Positions 1 through 12,900 of a stretch of 53,987 nt of DNA are shown here, in pieces. The stretch is taken from contig JABANN010000197.1 of assembly GCA_013115125.1 (NCBI GenBank), positions 1-53,987 of the forward strand. Reading direction: 5' to 3'. Origin of the DNA: Perkinsus olseni. Taxonomy: Eukaryota. A program made the translations under genes and the position numbers. The first letter of the stretch is position 1; every line of letters starts with the position of its first letter. The notes below the pieces were generated by a model, which saw only the letters and a list, made by a program, of their open reading frames with translations, searched no databases and had not been told where the DNA came from.

Positions 1-863
1 TCGCGATGCGTATGTACTGATCATGCCGTGAAATTGTCGTAGTCCGTGGTGGCACCTTTCACAAGGATGGTCGGCTTCCGATCACTGCAAATGACGTAGT
101 TTGTGATGTACACGCGACCCTGCCCTTCACTAACGAACTCAATCAGTAGGAGAGTCATAGAAAAACGCATCGGCAAGGAGAATCCAACCATACAAATAAA
201 CACAAACCGAGATACAATGCACATGCCGCGAGATCCTCTGGTTGTGAAGCCCTCTGCAATAACGCATTCTTCGCCCTGGGTCCACTCTACAAGGCCAGTG
301 GGTCACAAACACAAACTTTAGGTGGGACGCACCCCCGACCCGCGAACTGTGTTGCCCCGCCTTGAGTTCGGAAAATCTGGTGTAGCGGTAGAATCGCAGG
401 CCGGTATCCGAAAGGTCCCCGGTTCAGTCCCGCGCTTCCTATTTCTCTGCATTTATTTTCGTGCAATTGCATGTAGTTCTCAGTTCACGGATTTAGTGCT
501 GGTTTCACGGGCATCCTACAGTATTGGGGGGCGAATTTAGGGCGAGCGAGATCAGCCTGTCGTACAGTATTGGGGTCGTACAGAATTGGAAGTACCAGCC
601 CCGTTGCAAGGAGGCTCGACAATGGTGCTAACAAGACTTCAGGGACATCGTTCAAGGATCGGTTCAACGATGGTGATGAGGGTCGACCATAGGATATCAT
701 TCAGCACTACTAGAAGAGCCAGTAACGGTTGGCACTCCCGACTTCTTTTCAGGGAAGAAGAATAAGTTAATTTCCTTTCATGCTGCCGGTGAGTCGTATT
801 CTGAATGGCGTTCGTAGTTTCTTGGGACAGAGAGTATCGTTCAGCAGGACACAACGTCTGTCC

Positions 864-936
864 GGTCCTGTAGCTCAGTGGTTAGAGCGACGGTCTTATG
901 AGCCGTAGGTCGTGGGTTCGATCCCCGCCGGGACTA
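864..936 (+). tRNA. tRNA-Ile(UAU), intronless
   Basis: Cloverleaf GGTCCTG/CGGGACT acceptor, GCTC/GAGC D-stem, ACGGT-CT TAT GA-GCCGT anticodon arm, GTGGG-TTCGATC-CCCGC T-arm, discriminator A. Confidence 0.93.
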
Positions 937-1059
937 TTGTTCGTTTTCATCTATTCTCTCCGCGCACGTTGACAACGTGACGTTGCGTTGGCGTTGAAGC
1001 ACACTTCACGAATGATACGCACTCTAATGGAAGCCTAGAATCATCGCCTGGCGGTTCTC

Positions 1060-4000
1060 ATGAGCGATTCAAGTATCCTTTTCCGGATTCGTACTTCTAC
1101 TCAGTCATGCGAGACGCTCGATGATAAGGGAAACGTGTGGTATGCAGTCTCGCCGCTCTCTCTCGAAGCCGGAATACGGCCAGCCGGCAAGCTGCTGTAT
1201 AAGAGCCTGCTTATGACGTCTCAAAGACGTACTTGCAGTTCCTTTACTACTTCTTGGAAGTCCCGTCAATGCCGGCCAGTAACTCAACGGTACCACTCCG
1301 ACGCCTCTTCTGCACGTCCTCAGCAGCTGCTCGCGCCACATTGAAGCCTCCCAGACCAACCATCCCTCCCCCGGACATGAGAAGCACCGCTTCTCTGGGA
1401 GTTTTGCAGCCTCCCCGACATGCTCATCCACTCGGTGGCGTGCCGGAGGTTAGAGACACAGCAGAGGTGGGCATTCCGTCGGTCACGGGCTGCCCGGTAT
1501 TGAATTTTTGTCCCGTTGATCTCATCTGAAAATTCAGAACCGATTTTGGAGTTGATTTTTACACGTATAATGCGGTTCCAGAATCGATTTTGAATCTCAG
1601 ATTTTTTTGAACGCCCCAATATTCAGGTTACGAGAGAAAATTACGAAAGAGCGACCTCTCCCGGTGTGGTGAGGGACGTTTCTAGAGAGCAGGAGACAGG
1701 TAGAATAAGTACTGCTGGATCTCCTAGGCTGCGGGAAATGGTTCTCCTTCTTAGATGACGTGGAAGCCACAGTTGAGCGCTTGCTGGCCCGGGTCAACAG
1801 CGAAGGGGATGGTTTTACAACGGCGCAGTGCATGACCAGTACGTTCTCGCTTAGAGGTGGCTTGGGGAAGAGAGTTCTTTCAGTATTGAAAGAACTGACA
1901 AGTACGGCCGACGTTGCTGAAGCGGCAACAAGGAATATGCTGTCGGACGGCAGGTAGGGTTATTCAATAAACCGTTCCTGAGATTTTGGAACCGTATTTT
2001 ACGTGTGAAAAAACCAACGCCGAAAGCGATTCTGGAACCGCATTTTAAGTATGAGAAAGCCGTTTTCGGGATGGATTCTGATTTTTAGAAATAGTCTCTT
2101 AACGGGGGGTATCAGTTTGTTTTTCTGACACCTCTAGCTGTGCTTGTGCAGATTGCAGCATTTGGTCAATCGCACGGTCTCAGTAGCTACAGCAGAAGGC
2201 TCCTCACTGGAATGGACGGACGTGTTGGACCTGATGGAGGCCTTCGTTAAGGTAATAGAGGAGGTCCCAGGTTCCATCCCTGGCTAGGGCATCTTTTCAG
2301 TTGCGCTTGCGGGCCCCTTTGCGAGATGTAACGCCATTATGTTTCCGGTTTATGAATATCCCGGAGGACAGCGCTGTCGATCCGAAAGAGATGGAACGAA
2401 AATTACATCACGTAAGTCTTATTGCGGCCCTCGTCACTAGCGTGACAGTGTCACGGTGACACTTCTCAGGCGGGCCGGACGCTGCAACTGCTGGGGCGAG
2501 GGATGGTTTACCATCCTGAAGTTTTCGATTTTACCTGTCACAGTGTTGCCCGGGCGAAACTGATGGACCCCCACACGATGGCTGTGGTACGTTCTCGGTT
2601 AGATTTTGGTTTTTTTTCATTATTTTTTTCCTACTAATGAAAATTATCATATCACGTTTCTTATTTATTAAATGCTATGTTTATCGGACACTCGGTATGA
2701 GCCGGTATGTAAGTCCTTAGGGAGAAATCCCAAGAACTCTCAAATCTTAATTGTGGCATTGAGACCGTTAAGGCAATAATAAGGTGGACGAATATTAATT
2801 TTATTGATTTTTACTATTTTTTACGATCAATTTATTATTGGTAACAAACCAGTAGAAAAGCGCTAAAAATCTCAGCGCGGATTTCTTTCTCGTAAATAAG
2901 GTCAACAGCAACCATGGCAGGTCCTTTATGAAGCGGGTCGTCACGGCCTGCGAACGAAGCACTACACTGACGTCATCGTACCTGCTGCTGCTGAACTTGC
3001 ACCGGGTAAGTTTCCTCCCACTCACACGTGGACTGATCTTTGCTGTGGGTTAGGTATGTCCCTGGATGATCTGCGATTATCTATGCGGGGGTTGATGAGA
3101 TTCGTGAAGGATTGGAGAGCGTTTTTTGACGTAAGAGCGCTCGCCGAGCGCTTCTGGAGGACGTCCCGAGTCAGGCCGCTCGGGCCTGCTTTGGGAGTCC
3201 TCCTTGGGGAGGCTGTCGGCCACTGCCGGTTGTCGCCGACGACTTGTTGGGGGCCTCGATAAACATTTTGCATTGTATTTTGCATTATATTGATACTCTG
3301 TGGAAGTGCCGTAGGTTAGCCGAGAATATCTGGATCATAGTCTCAACGGCTTCGTTCCTCAAAAGTTGCCGGAAATCCTTGATTCAGAAATATCATTTTT
3401 TCGAAAATTATGACCTGATCCAGGTTATATGCGTGAAAACTACTAGAGTCGAAGACGAGCTGGCCAACATGACTAATGAAACGCTCATCATGCTGATGAG
3501 GGTCGGTAAGGAGTTGAGAGGATCAAGGCAATACAATGGTGAGAACCGGTGACCGTTTTTGTGCGAGTCTTATTTTTTCCCGAAAATGTTTATTTTTTCT
3601 GATTTTTTTTCAGAGATCCAAAAGGAAGTGGCCGGTGAGATTTCTAAGAGACTGAGTCGAAGAGAATTCGGCAGCATTGAGCAGGGTATGGTATCTATGT
3701 ACATGGACAAGGACGGCCGGTAAAAAAAGGCAGTTCAAAAGCGTGAGTTGATCTCCGCGCTGTCAGGTATCCTCCTGCTGTCTACGATCTCGCCTACGCC
3801 ATTCAGAAGGACCTTGCACGACAGGTGAGGCGGGCAGCAGCGGGCGTGAAACATTTGGACCGACTCAGGTGGCCGAGTCCTGCTCGGACGTATCCGTCGG
3901 AGTGCGAGAGCTTCTTTCTGTGACTGATATCGTTGACTTGATGGACTGTTGGGCGTCGTGGAACCTTCCAGTGGAGCATCGTCTATGGGACTCCCTGTTG

Positions 4001-6845
4001 AACGACCTCGCTTTGTGTCGGTTGTCGGAGATTAAGTAAGGCTCGTCTGGAAGTATCACGAGGAGTCGCCTCTGTACTAGGTACAGTCCGAATATTAGCT
4101 TGTGGTCGGGGGTGACGCTGTCGTGTAGCAGGGTAAGTCGTGGTGGTTGTCTGGAGAATCTACGTTTTATTTCTCCGTTCTCTCCAATTCTATAGATCAG
4201 TCCATATTTCATTGTCTAATGGAGAGGGGGGGAATGCCAGTAAATAATAGAATTTTGGGAATTTTGCGCAATTGTGAGAATTTTACAACTTTTCTGCGAT
4301 TTTTTTCTGCGGACCTTGGCGGGGCAGCCGTCTGTTTGTAATGCTTTCGCTTCGTGCTACGATAAGCCTGGTTCCCTGAGCTATGGAGACTCTAGCAGCC
4401 TGCCTGGTTCACGTTTCCCGACCGAAAGATTTTGTGATCTTAACGGAGGGGCCTCTCTACGATGACCGTGGTCGCTGAGTCCCCTCGGATGTACTGAAGC
4501 GAGCTCGAGGAACCATTCACTAGCCTACAGGACTCGTCCACGCAACCACGTCTAGTGCAAGTGATAAAGTGACTGGAGAGCTCGAGAGTATCGAGAAATG
4601 TGGTATTGCTTCGGGCGATGTCTCCGCCCACTACCACTGCTACTACCGCTAAGGGATGCAGCGTTGTAGAGAATACAACGATCTGAGTATCCGATCCATC
4701 GATCTACGTAGCGGGAAGTGATCACCTTTTTTTTGCTGATCATAAACGACTCATACGTTCTCTCCTATTTCGCCGTTGTGAGATGGGAGCTCAAGTGGTT
4801 CCTCTGTCGAAATCTTCGACTGGGAGTCCTGGACTGCGAGTCTGAGAGACATGTGCGCACTCAGTCGCGTGTCTAACATGGTCCAGTGTACCAAGGTTGG
4901 CAAACGACCTCGAGGTCCACATCTCCCTGTTGAAATATCCTGCTGTTCCGGGCCGGAGCCTCCGGCGGCAGTTGGTGGTCGTGGGGTTGCAGAGAGGATT
5001 CATGAAGTAGCATTTGCTCTAGTCTTGTCAGTTTAGTTATTTTGCGTTACACCATTCAACCGACTTCAACGTGTTGAAAATAAGATGAAAATTGTTTTTG
5101 ACGATATTTGTATGGGAGAGGAAGACCTTGAATTTCCCTTTCCAGTCGATCGTCACCGCCTGGATGATTTAACTGTCACTAATTTCAGGTTAACTATTAT
5201 CACAGCACTTGGATGGCGATGGTCTGCGATATCGGCAGGGACCCCTTTATGCTGGATAAGATTAGCTTCTGGCAAACCGGTCAATTCCTCGCGGCCGTCT
5301 CTCGGTTGAATCTTTTCGATGAGAAACTGTGAGTTTAACACGGGGAGTTTTTCTGTCGGATCCTTGCTTCAACCTTAGATACTCCAATGTAGCCGATGTT
5401 ATTACCAAAGACATGAACCTGTACAAGGACCCGGAGACTCTTGCCTCGACGCTTTGGGCGATGGCGAAGGTGGGTTGAATAATCTCCGCGGGATTTTGAT
5501 GAGATTATAGATAACGCACCATCACAAGTTAACTCAGCATGGCTACATTATTAATCGCCTACTTCAATAGAACCTCGGATAATGAGTATCTCTATGGCAA
5601 GATTGCGGCATCTTGCATTCTTGCTCTTTCTCAACGCTCAATGTGAAGATCGATCGCATTTTTCAGTCCGGCTTTGTCCAAGAGAACTTCGTCGCAGCAG
5701 CCCTGGCCTCCGCGAATTCAATGATAAATTCAACAAACAACAACATGAATGCTTGGAGTCAAATCTTGTGGAGTCTGCTGCAGCAAGGTTGGCGAGTACA
5801 GCGCTGTTTTCGGTGATCCAGGAGACGATCAGGTTGTCATCCCAGTACGGATCCGCAGATGGCTAACATAGTGGACTTCGTCTCGAAGTTGCCCGTTCCT
5901 GCTCATCGGGGTCACTTTAGGAGGCTTCATCAGGCGGCTGATGTGCTCGGAGAGGGATCTCCTATGCAGAAGTAATAGTCGGACTTGGCGGACATTTCGT
6001 ATCTTAGCTTGAAGCGTGCCTTTCACGGAGTCGAAGATTCTGAATCATCCTTGCTTCGAGCTTGGATATTCCCTTCCTGTCCAGGTATTTGACGCATCCC
6101 CTGAGCAGCGCTACGGCCCTGCCTCCCCGAGACAACCGACGTGAGTCTGACCCTCCATCGGTACAGTCCAAATGGTCGTTTTGTAGGCAACCAGATCAGC
6201 AACCAAATCGCTAAGTGTTTGAGCGAGAGTAGCTTGCTTCCCGGCCGCGCTGTTGGTGAGACCAGGGCACACGCCCATCACTTGGAAAAAGAAGCCTCGG
6301 ATCATTTGTCACTTTTTGCTTTCTTTTTTCACGATTTTTTCCAAAAATTTCCTAGTTTTTTCGTGTCTTAGATACACGTGTGATCGTATCGCCCACGTGC
6401 AGCTCGATTTTGGACGTCGCCATCGGTGCTGAGAGCTGCAGCTCGGCGGCGACGCCGGTGACTGGTTTGATTGTTGCGGCTGGTGAAACTGACCACAGAC
6501 AAATGCGTAAGTTTGTTCAAAGAAATGCCCGGCGTTTGAATCGTTCTGTACAGGAGTTGTCCCTGCGAGTCCGGAGGGTTCCATCGGCTATTACGGCGGT
6601 TACGGCATGAAAGTTGAGCCGCATGCTGATCACGAATTTGAGCACATTCTCACCGGCCAAAATCTGATGTATCAAAGAATCCTCGAGCGACGAGGACTGA
6701 GGGTTGCGATCATTGGAGAGAGGGAGTGGGCTAGAGCGCAGCAGAGGTAGACGCTCCGTCGTCTGTGTTCTCCTGAGAGTCGATTTTCAGTGGCGAAGAA
6801 GTTGTTTTTTTACGGAGGAAGTTGGAGGAGGTCGGGCTGGCATGA
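1060..6845 (+). CDS. Multi-exon RAP-domain protein (helical repeat plus C-terminal RAP; probable organellar RNA-binding); 5' end uncertain
   Basis: Last exons splice to ...LTGQNLMYQRILERRGLRVAIIGEREWARAQQS/GEEVVFLRRKLEEVGLA* (RAP-like pattern L..G.rV..I...eW....fL..kL). Upstream exons carry helical-repeat-like motifs (LASTLWAMAK, WSQILWSLL). The start may lie upstream of 1060. Confidence 0.6.
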
Positions 6846-7125
6846 TGATATGCAAAAACGATGCTCTCTCATGCGTTTCTGAATAACGGGTTTCTGACTA
6901 TCCACAGCGTGGGGTTTTGTGTTTTAGTGTGGGAAAGGCGGCGCGTCGCTCCGCGGTTAGAATTTTCGCTTCTGTGAAGACGAAAGATCTGAGCTAACTG
7001 CCTCGTCATATGATAACTATGATTAGGTGTAGTTGATATTGATATGAAGTATCTATGAATGGCAGCTAATTTGAATGGCGTTCTTTGAGGACAGTTTGTC
7101 GTGTTCAGTCTAGCGTTGTGCTGAC

Positions 7126-7406
7126 GTGTGTGAGTTTAAAGTCCAACGCCGACAGTGCGGCCTAGTTAGACTACCACTTCCACTGTAGCCTGTGAGATAG
7201 GCTCTGTCCATCAAGCCAAAGAGTGCTTCCCTCTGAGCGAGGTTATCGTCAGCTGGGAACGTCCTTTGCAGCGTCGTACTGATATGTGTGAGTTGAAGTC
7301 CAACGGCGACATTTCGGCTTAGTTTGACTTGCACCTTTTCTGTGGGAGACTAGTTCGGTCTACACAGATTGTTATTTGCTCGAGAGTCGCCGACTCTGAG
7401 TCGGTT
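7126..7406 (-). mobile_element. Structured dispersed repeat (SINE-tail-like family), two cores, flanked by 18-bp direct repeats
   Basis: Cores GTGTGAGTT(T/G)AAGTCCAAC-type at ~7128 and ~7286, each followed by a hairpin. Flanks GTGTTCAGTCTAGCGTTG (7101-7118) and GTGTTCCGTCTAGCGTTG (7407-7424). Confidence 0.6.
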
Positions 7407-7559
7407 GTGTTCCGTCTAGCGTTGAGGTGGTGCAAAAATTGCTAGTGGGGTTATTCTAGTCTTCAATTCGATTCTAGCGTTTGGGAATTTTGTGGTAATT
7501 TTCAGCGTTCGGATAATATTTTCGGAAACTTTCTGCTGGTTACTTTTTATCCCATTATA

Positions 7560-8735
7560 ATGTTCAAGCAGAAGAGATCGATCTCGCCAGACCCGACCAG
7601 GTACCCCCGCCGCGTGACTGTCATCGGCAGCGGCAACTGGGGCTCGACCGTGGCCCGTCTCGTCGCCATCAGGGCTGTTCAGGACAGCGAGAACCTGTAT
7701 GACGAAGAAGTCAGGATGTGGGTCTTCGATGAACAGGTGGACTACCACGGCCAGCAGCGAAGTCTGGTGGATATCATCAACACTCATCATGAGAACGTTA
7801 AGTACCTACCCGGCATCGCCCTGCCTGCGAACGTCGTGGCGGAGCCCGATCTGCAAGAGGCTGTGAAGGGTGCTGATATCCTCATCTTTGTCTTGCCTCA
7901 TCAATTCTTGCCGAAGATTCTTTCGCAAATGAAAGATTTTGTTCGTGATGGAGCCATTGCCGTGTCGCTTATCAAAGGTGGTTTCGACCGAGAGATCTTG
8001 CCCGATGGTTCTAGCAAGATCGTTCTCTGCAGCGATCTTATCGCGGAGGCCCTTCCCCAGCTGAAGACGGTCGCCGTGCTCATGGGCGGTAATCTCGCTA
8101 TTGAGGTCGCCAAGGATCAGTTCTGCGAGGCCACGCTGGGCTGTCACGACCTTCAGGCGGCTGCGATTTTGCAGCATCTTTTCGACAGCGAGATGTTCTG
8201 CGTTAATCACGTTCGAGACGTCCAAGGCGTGGAGATGTGCGGCGCTTTGAAGAACATCGTGGCCATCGGTGCGGGCTTCTGTGACGGTCTTGGTCTTGGA
8301 ATGAATTCAAAGTCTGCTGTGCTTCGCATCGGTCTCGAGGAGATGAGGAAGATTATCAAATTCATCTACCCGGACGTCCCCGACCAGACCTTCTTTGAAA
8401 GCTGCGGCGTTGGTGATTTGATTACTACTTGTTTCGGTGGCCGAAATCGTCGCTGTGCTGAGGCCTTTGCCAACGCTGATGGGAAGAAGTCCTGGGAAGC
8501 TATCGAGAGTGAGCTCCTTGGTGGTCAGAAGCTGCAAGGCACTCTGACTTTACTAGAGATCGTCGACGTCTTGGGTGATGCTCCTATTAAAAAAGAAGTG
8601 CCGTTGTTTGCTGCTATTTACCGCTGTTCGTTCAAAGGCGAGTCGCTGGTAGAATTTGTGAAGAACCTCAACACGAAGCAAATGCATCCTGATCATGCGT
8701 ATCTTGTTAACCCGTATGAGCTCAAAGATAGATAG
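7560..8735 (+). CDS. GPD1: NAD-dependent glycerol-3-phosphate dehydrogenase, single exon, 391 aa
   Basis: GSGNWG Rossmann motif, HENVKYLPG, SLIKG, GALKN catalytic Lys, ESCGVGDLITTCFGGRN, GQKLQG. Confidence 0.96.
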   Translation: MFKQKRSISPDPTRYPRRVTVIGSGNWGSTVARLVAIRAVQDSENLYDEEVRMWVFDEQVDYHGQQRSLVDIINTHHENVKYLPGIALPANVVAEPDLQEAVKGADILIFVLPHQFLPKILSQMKDFVRDGAIAVSLIKGGFDREILPDGSSKIVLCSDLIAEALPQLKTVAVLMGGNLAIEVAKDQFCEATLGCHDLQAAAILQHLFDSEMFCVNHVRDVQGVEMCGALKNIVAIGAGFCDGLGLGMNSKSAVLRIGLEEMRKIIKFIYPDVPDQTFFESCGVGDLITTCFGGRNRRCAEAFANADGKKSWEAIESELLGGQKLQGTLTLLEIVDVLGDAPIKKEVPLFAAIYRCSFKGESLVEFVKNLNTKQMHPDHAYLVNPYELKDR

Positions 8736-9004
8736 ATAGATACCGTATATGAGCTCGTAGATACCCTTCGAAGTTTGGGAATGTAATTTCCCAGTATCTC
8801 ATCATCGGACGTCAATCGTCCTTTTTGATAATATATGAACGATTATCTTTAGCCGTTATTATAGATTAGTCATTAAAGGGCTGTTGAGTTCACAAGTTGA
8901 CGACTCTTTCAACAAGAAAGAATAGAGTGACCCGTCGAAACTATTGAATCACTGCAATTAATTAATACTGTAATTAATTATAATTAATTCACTGTAATTA
9001 ATTC

Positions 9005-9319
9005 TGATTGCACTGCATATCAACGCTACATGGGGGTCGCCTGGTAGGAGTGTCTCCTCCCCGGCTGATCGATTCGCGACTTGAGCTCTTTTCCCATTGT
9101 ATGTTACGCAAGGTCGCGGACGAAGAGCCGGGATTTTAGTAATCGATACACTCTGTGTGTCGAAGGAAAATCCACGGTAGTCCGCCGCAGGAGACAATCG
9201 TGTCACACGATTCGTGTGTATGCGTGCGAGGCGGGGTACGTGAGTGTGTCCAACTGTGCACATCGGCAAGAGTCTAACTACGCCGGAATCGACGTTGGAC
9301 TATAAACTCGCAGACACAA
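9005..9319 (+). mobile_element. Inverted, longer copy of the same structured repeat family
   Basis: The reverse complement matches the 19400 copy (GAGTTTATAGTCCAAC...AGACTCTTGCCGATGTGC.CAGTTGG and TGTAGCGTT...CA.TGCAAT), with ~200 extra nt inside. Confidence 0.6.
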
Positions 9320-9644
9320 TGCTACTGTTTGAGTGGGCGTTCAATAAGCCAATACTGAAACTCAAAAAAAAACTCAGTATAGTGGAACTCAATAAGTTCC
9401 ACAATTACTCTATTGAAAGGGGGTTTAGCCGAACCTTGGGCATCTCCCTACACACACGGGTGAATAGTTCACCTGACTTTGTCGCCTAGGCATGCGATTT
9501 GAACGTCGAATTCGCATCATTTGCGCGAATGTAACCCTGGGTAACCGNNNNNNNNNNNNNNNNNNNNNNNNNNNNNNNNNNNNNNNNNNNNNNNNNNNNN
9601 NNNNNNNNNNNNNNNNNNNNNNNNNNNNNNNNNNNNNNNNNNNN

Positions 9645-9805
9645 CCGTAGCGTGTAACAGCAACGGCAGCGTCGTCGTCGTGTAACCGTAGCGTGTAACA
9701 GCAACGGCAGCGTCGTCGTCGTGTAACCGTAGCGTGTAACAGCAACGGCAGCGTCGTCGTGTAACCGTAGCGTGTAACAGCAACGGCAGCGTTGTCGTGT
9801 AACCG
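9645..9805. repeat. 38-41 bp minisatellite (CCGTAGCGTGTAACAGCAACGGCAGC(GTC)nGTGTAA) abutting an assembly gap
   Basis: About four tandem units follow the N-run directly; the array probably extends into the gap. Confidence 0.9.
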
Positions 9806-9900
9806 CCACCCTTCACTAATGAAACAAATAAGGAGTAAAGAAACAAATATCATATTCAAGATATGATTGATCAGAAAGATCTAAAAGAGGCCAGAAGCTG

Positions 9901-12900
9901 TCACACGATTGAGCTGCTTCGCCCGTGTCGATTCACTCTCGAAGGGCTGTGCTGCGCTAGCAGATCCGGCGAGGACGGCACCAGCTTGACCGACTGGTTG
10001 CGATACAACTCTTCGAGCGTGCTGTTGTCAACTGCCCAAGCAACCTGACAAACACAGAGATTCTTCATCTGTTACGAGCGGAGCTCGACGAAGCGTCCCG
10101 GGTTCGAACCCCGGTACGGGTTTTTTGCTGTATTTTTTCGGGAGTCGACCAATGAGACAGATAAAACGGGAATGAGAGCGGTCGTATTTTTTTCGAAAAA
10201 AACAGACCGCTTCCGAATAACATGCGCTTCCGCTAGTTTAATCGACATGGTCGGGGATAAAAAATCGGGACGAACGCACAAGCAAGCGGTTATGCTTTCC
10301 TTGACTCACGTTAATGTACTGGTCACCATCCGAATGGCCGCGGTCGCGTAGTAGTTGCTGTTGTCGATCGCGCCACCACCTTTGGATCATCACGGCAGCC
10401 TGACGAAGCACTTCAATTTCCCGAAAAGTGTTCAACCTCGGGATCTCTATGACGGTGGTACAAAACCCACCCCGCATGCTACCGCAAGGGGGATTCGACC
10501 CTGGTCTAGGAGAGTCACTCATTTCCGGTTTGAATGATAACAGTCTCCCATCATCGAAAAGCGCAAGCGTTTCCTATTATCGAGAGCATGATCGAGCAAC
10601 TCCCAACCAGACTTACTTGCGTCGTCACAGGCAGGTCGATACAGCGCAGGGCTTGCTGCACCACGGCTTCAACTTGCTGTACCAAATCTGAGCTCACACT
10701 ATCAAAGAAAAGGATTTTACCTCCCTTACCAGTCTGTTCGATCACGCCGCGTTCCACCAGAACGGTTTCCAGCATCCTTCGCACGCTTCCATGTGCACCA
10801 GCGAACCACAGGGTCACGCCCCGACCTCGGAATTCAACGGCAAGCTCCTCGAGACCCTGAACATGACTGAGGTGAGAACTAATCTCTCTTGAAACAAAAT
10901 GCATCAGTACTAATCTCTCTTGATGTCCCTGAATTATGCTAGAAAAGCTAGCGGTACCTCGTGAAGAGACCCCTACCCAGAAAGGCCGAAAAATCCGCAC
11001 TCTTTCTAATTATTTCTTCGGCAAAAGGGAGAGATAAAAGAATGAGAATGTCAGTAGCGCATTCGTGATACGAAGTGACGTAAATATCTTTGCATGTGAA
11101 TTTATGAAAGATCTAGATAGCATCAAACAGTTGTCATCAAAACTCATTTTTCCCTTTCGACAGCTGCCCAGACCCACCTGAATTGCAGTAGCGTCAATAA
11201 ACGGCACTCCGACCATTTGCATAACAACCGCTTCCACCGCCTTGCCACAGTGTCGACCGTATCTTCGCTCAGTGTCAAGTAGCCTGATCGACCTAAGATA
11301 CGTCCAACCAAAAGTGCTCTACTCACTTGTCCTTCACGTGCTCCCAATTCACAAATAACAGGGGCCCGCTGACTCCGAAAACCAGCAGACCGGGGATGGT
11401 CTTCGCCGTCCTCGGCCAGTACGCTAAGGCCCGCCAATGGCCGTTTGAGAGCCTAAGACTTTGACGATAAAGAGGGTGGCAACTCCGTCATCCTTTATCA
11501 GGTGTCGCACGGGCGACGGTTTGAATTGAAACCCCATCGCGAACAGAAGGCTACTGTTGAATTGGATAACTCAGCAAGAGTCGTTTCCAATGGTTCTCCA
11601 GTGATAACAGTACTGTAGTTATACTATCTCACCGTTGTAATAACAGTAAAACAGTCAATTTCGTACGACATTTCCTCACACCTGGGCTTCTCAATAACGC
11701 ATTTCCCTTCGAAGGAGCCCTCCCAACTCTCGATAATTTTTATCGAATAGAAACCCTCTCGCCCACCTTCCCATAGCATTCGTCGGAGGCATCGCCACTT
11801 GCTGCACCATAAGCGTCACAGACAAAACCATGGCCAGGAAAACGCCCTGAAGCAGCCCCAATAGCAGGGTACCTGAGAATATGAAAATTCGTCAGGCATG
11901 AATCCGAAAAAGCACTGCCGTATCAGGGTCGAAGTACTATCCATCGGGATGCGAAAACCGCTTTCCTGATCGGCGAAAGACCCCGGGTTCGAATATCCCC
12001 AGCGACACCTCAATTATTCCCAGAAAAGAGCACGAGAGACGAATCAGCGGATGTCCCGTGCTTGAGAAATTCAGTCACCCAGTGGTCTCCGTGAGTTAGG
12101 ATTCGTCCGAAAGTGGTGATGCGGGAGCAAACCCCTGGTGAACGGATGCGCCGATCGTCTTGTGTAGCGTGCGAGCTAGGGGAAGGAAGACTTCACGCGT
12201 CGTCCGACTTTTCTTGCCCATGATCAACGGTCGCCCAGAAGCTCACCGCCAACAGCAGCCACCCACACGGCAAAGTCTCGCTTGGAGTTGCGCCACAGCC
12301 ATCTCGCCAGACTGAAGTCGGTGAGATGAGGAGTTGCAGATATTATGATGCCAGCAAGCGTCGCGTTGGGTATCCAGTACCTTAGGAAAAGTGACAGCGA
12401 GGGTGATTGAAAGCCTCGCCCTGACCACCGTACGCAGACTCTATTAGAGTCACTCTAATGACCGGAAGAAAGATGGAAAAAGCGGTGAAATTAACTCAAG
12501 AAAAGGCCCCTACCAATAACTTTTTTCACTCCTGTTCTACTAAGCCTGAGATCTAAATAAGTCTCGCCCATCCGATGTGACCACTACGCGTGGACGGGAC
12601 AAACCAAAAAGAATGAAGGGAGAAAACAACACTCAGTCCGCTGACTCTGCATCAGGGTTCTCTGAAACTCTTCGAGTGATAGAAGACATAAATACAGTGA
12701 ACGGAAGGACAGCAACCAAAAAGCGATCGATGAGCTTACATCAGGGACGTTAAAAATGTGAGCCCTCCGATGGCTATCAGCGCAGCAACGATACCAGCGA
12801 CCTGAGCAGCGGCCATCGAGCTAGGTAACGATCACCCTTGGCATACTTGAGTTCGAACTCCTATGTTGTGGCTGATGGACGTCCTCGACAGACCGCCTTG

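Noticed and set aside
9645-9805. Spliced-leader relic array (units contain ACCGTAGC)
   Set aside because: The match to the perkinsid/dinoflagellate SL stops after 8 nt; no CATYTTGGCTCAAG follows.
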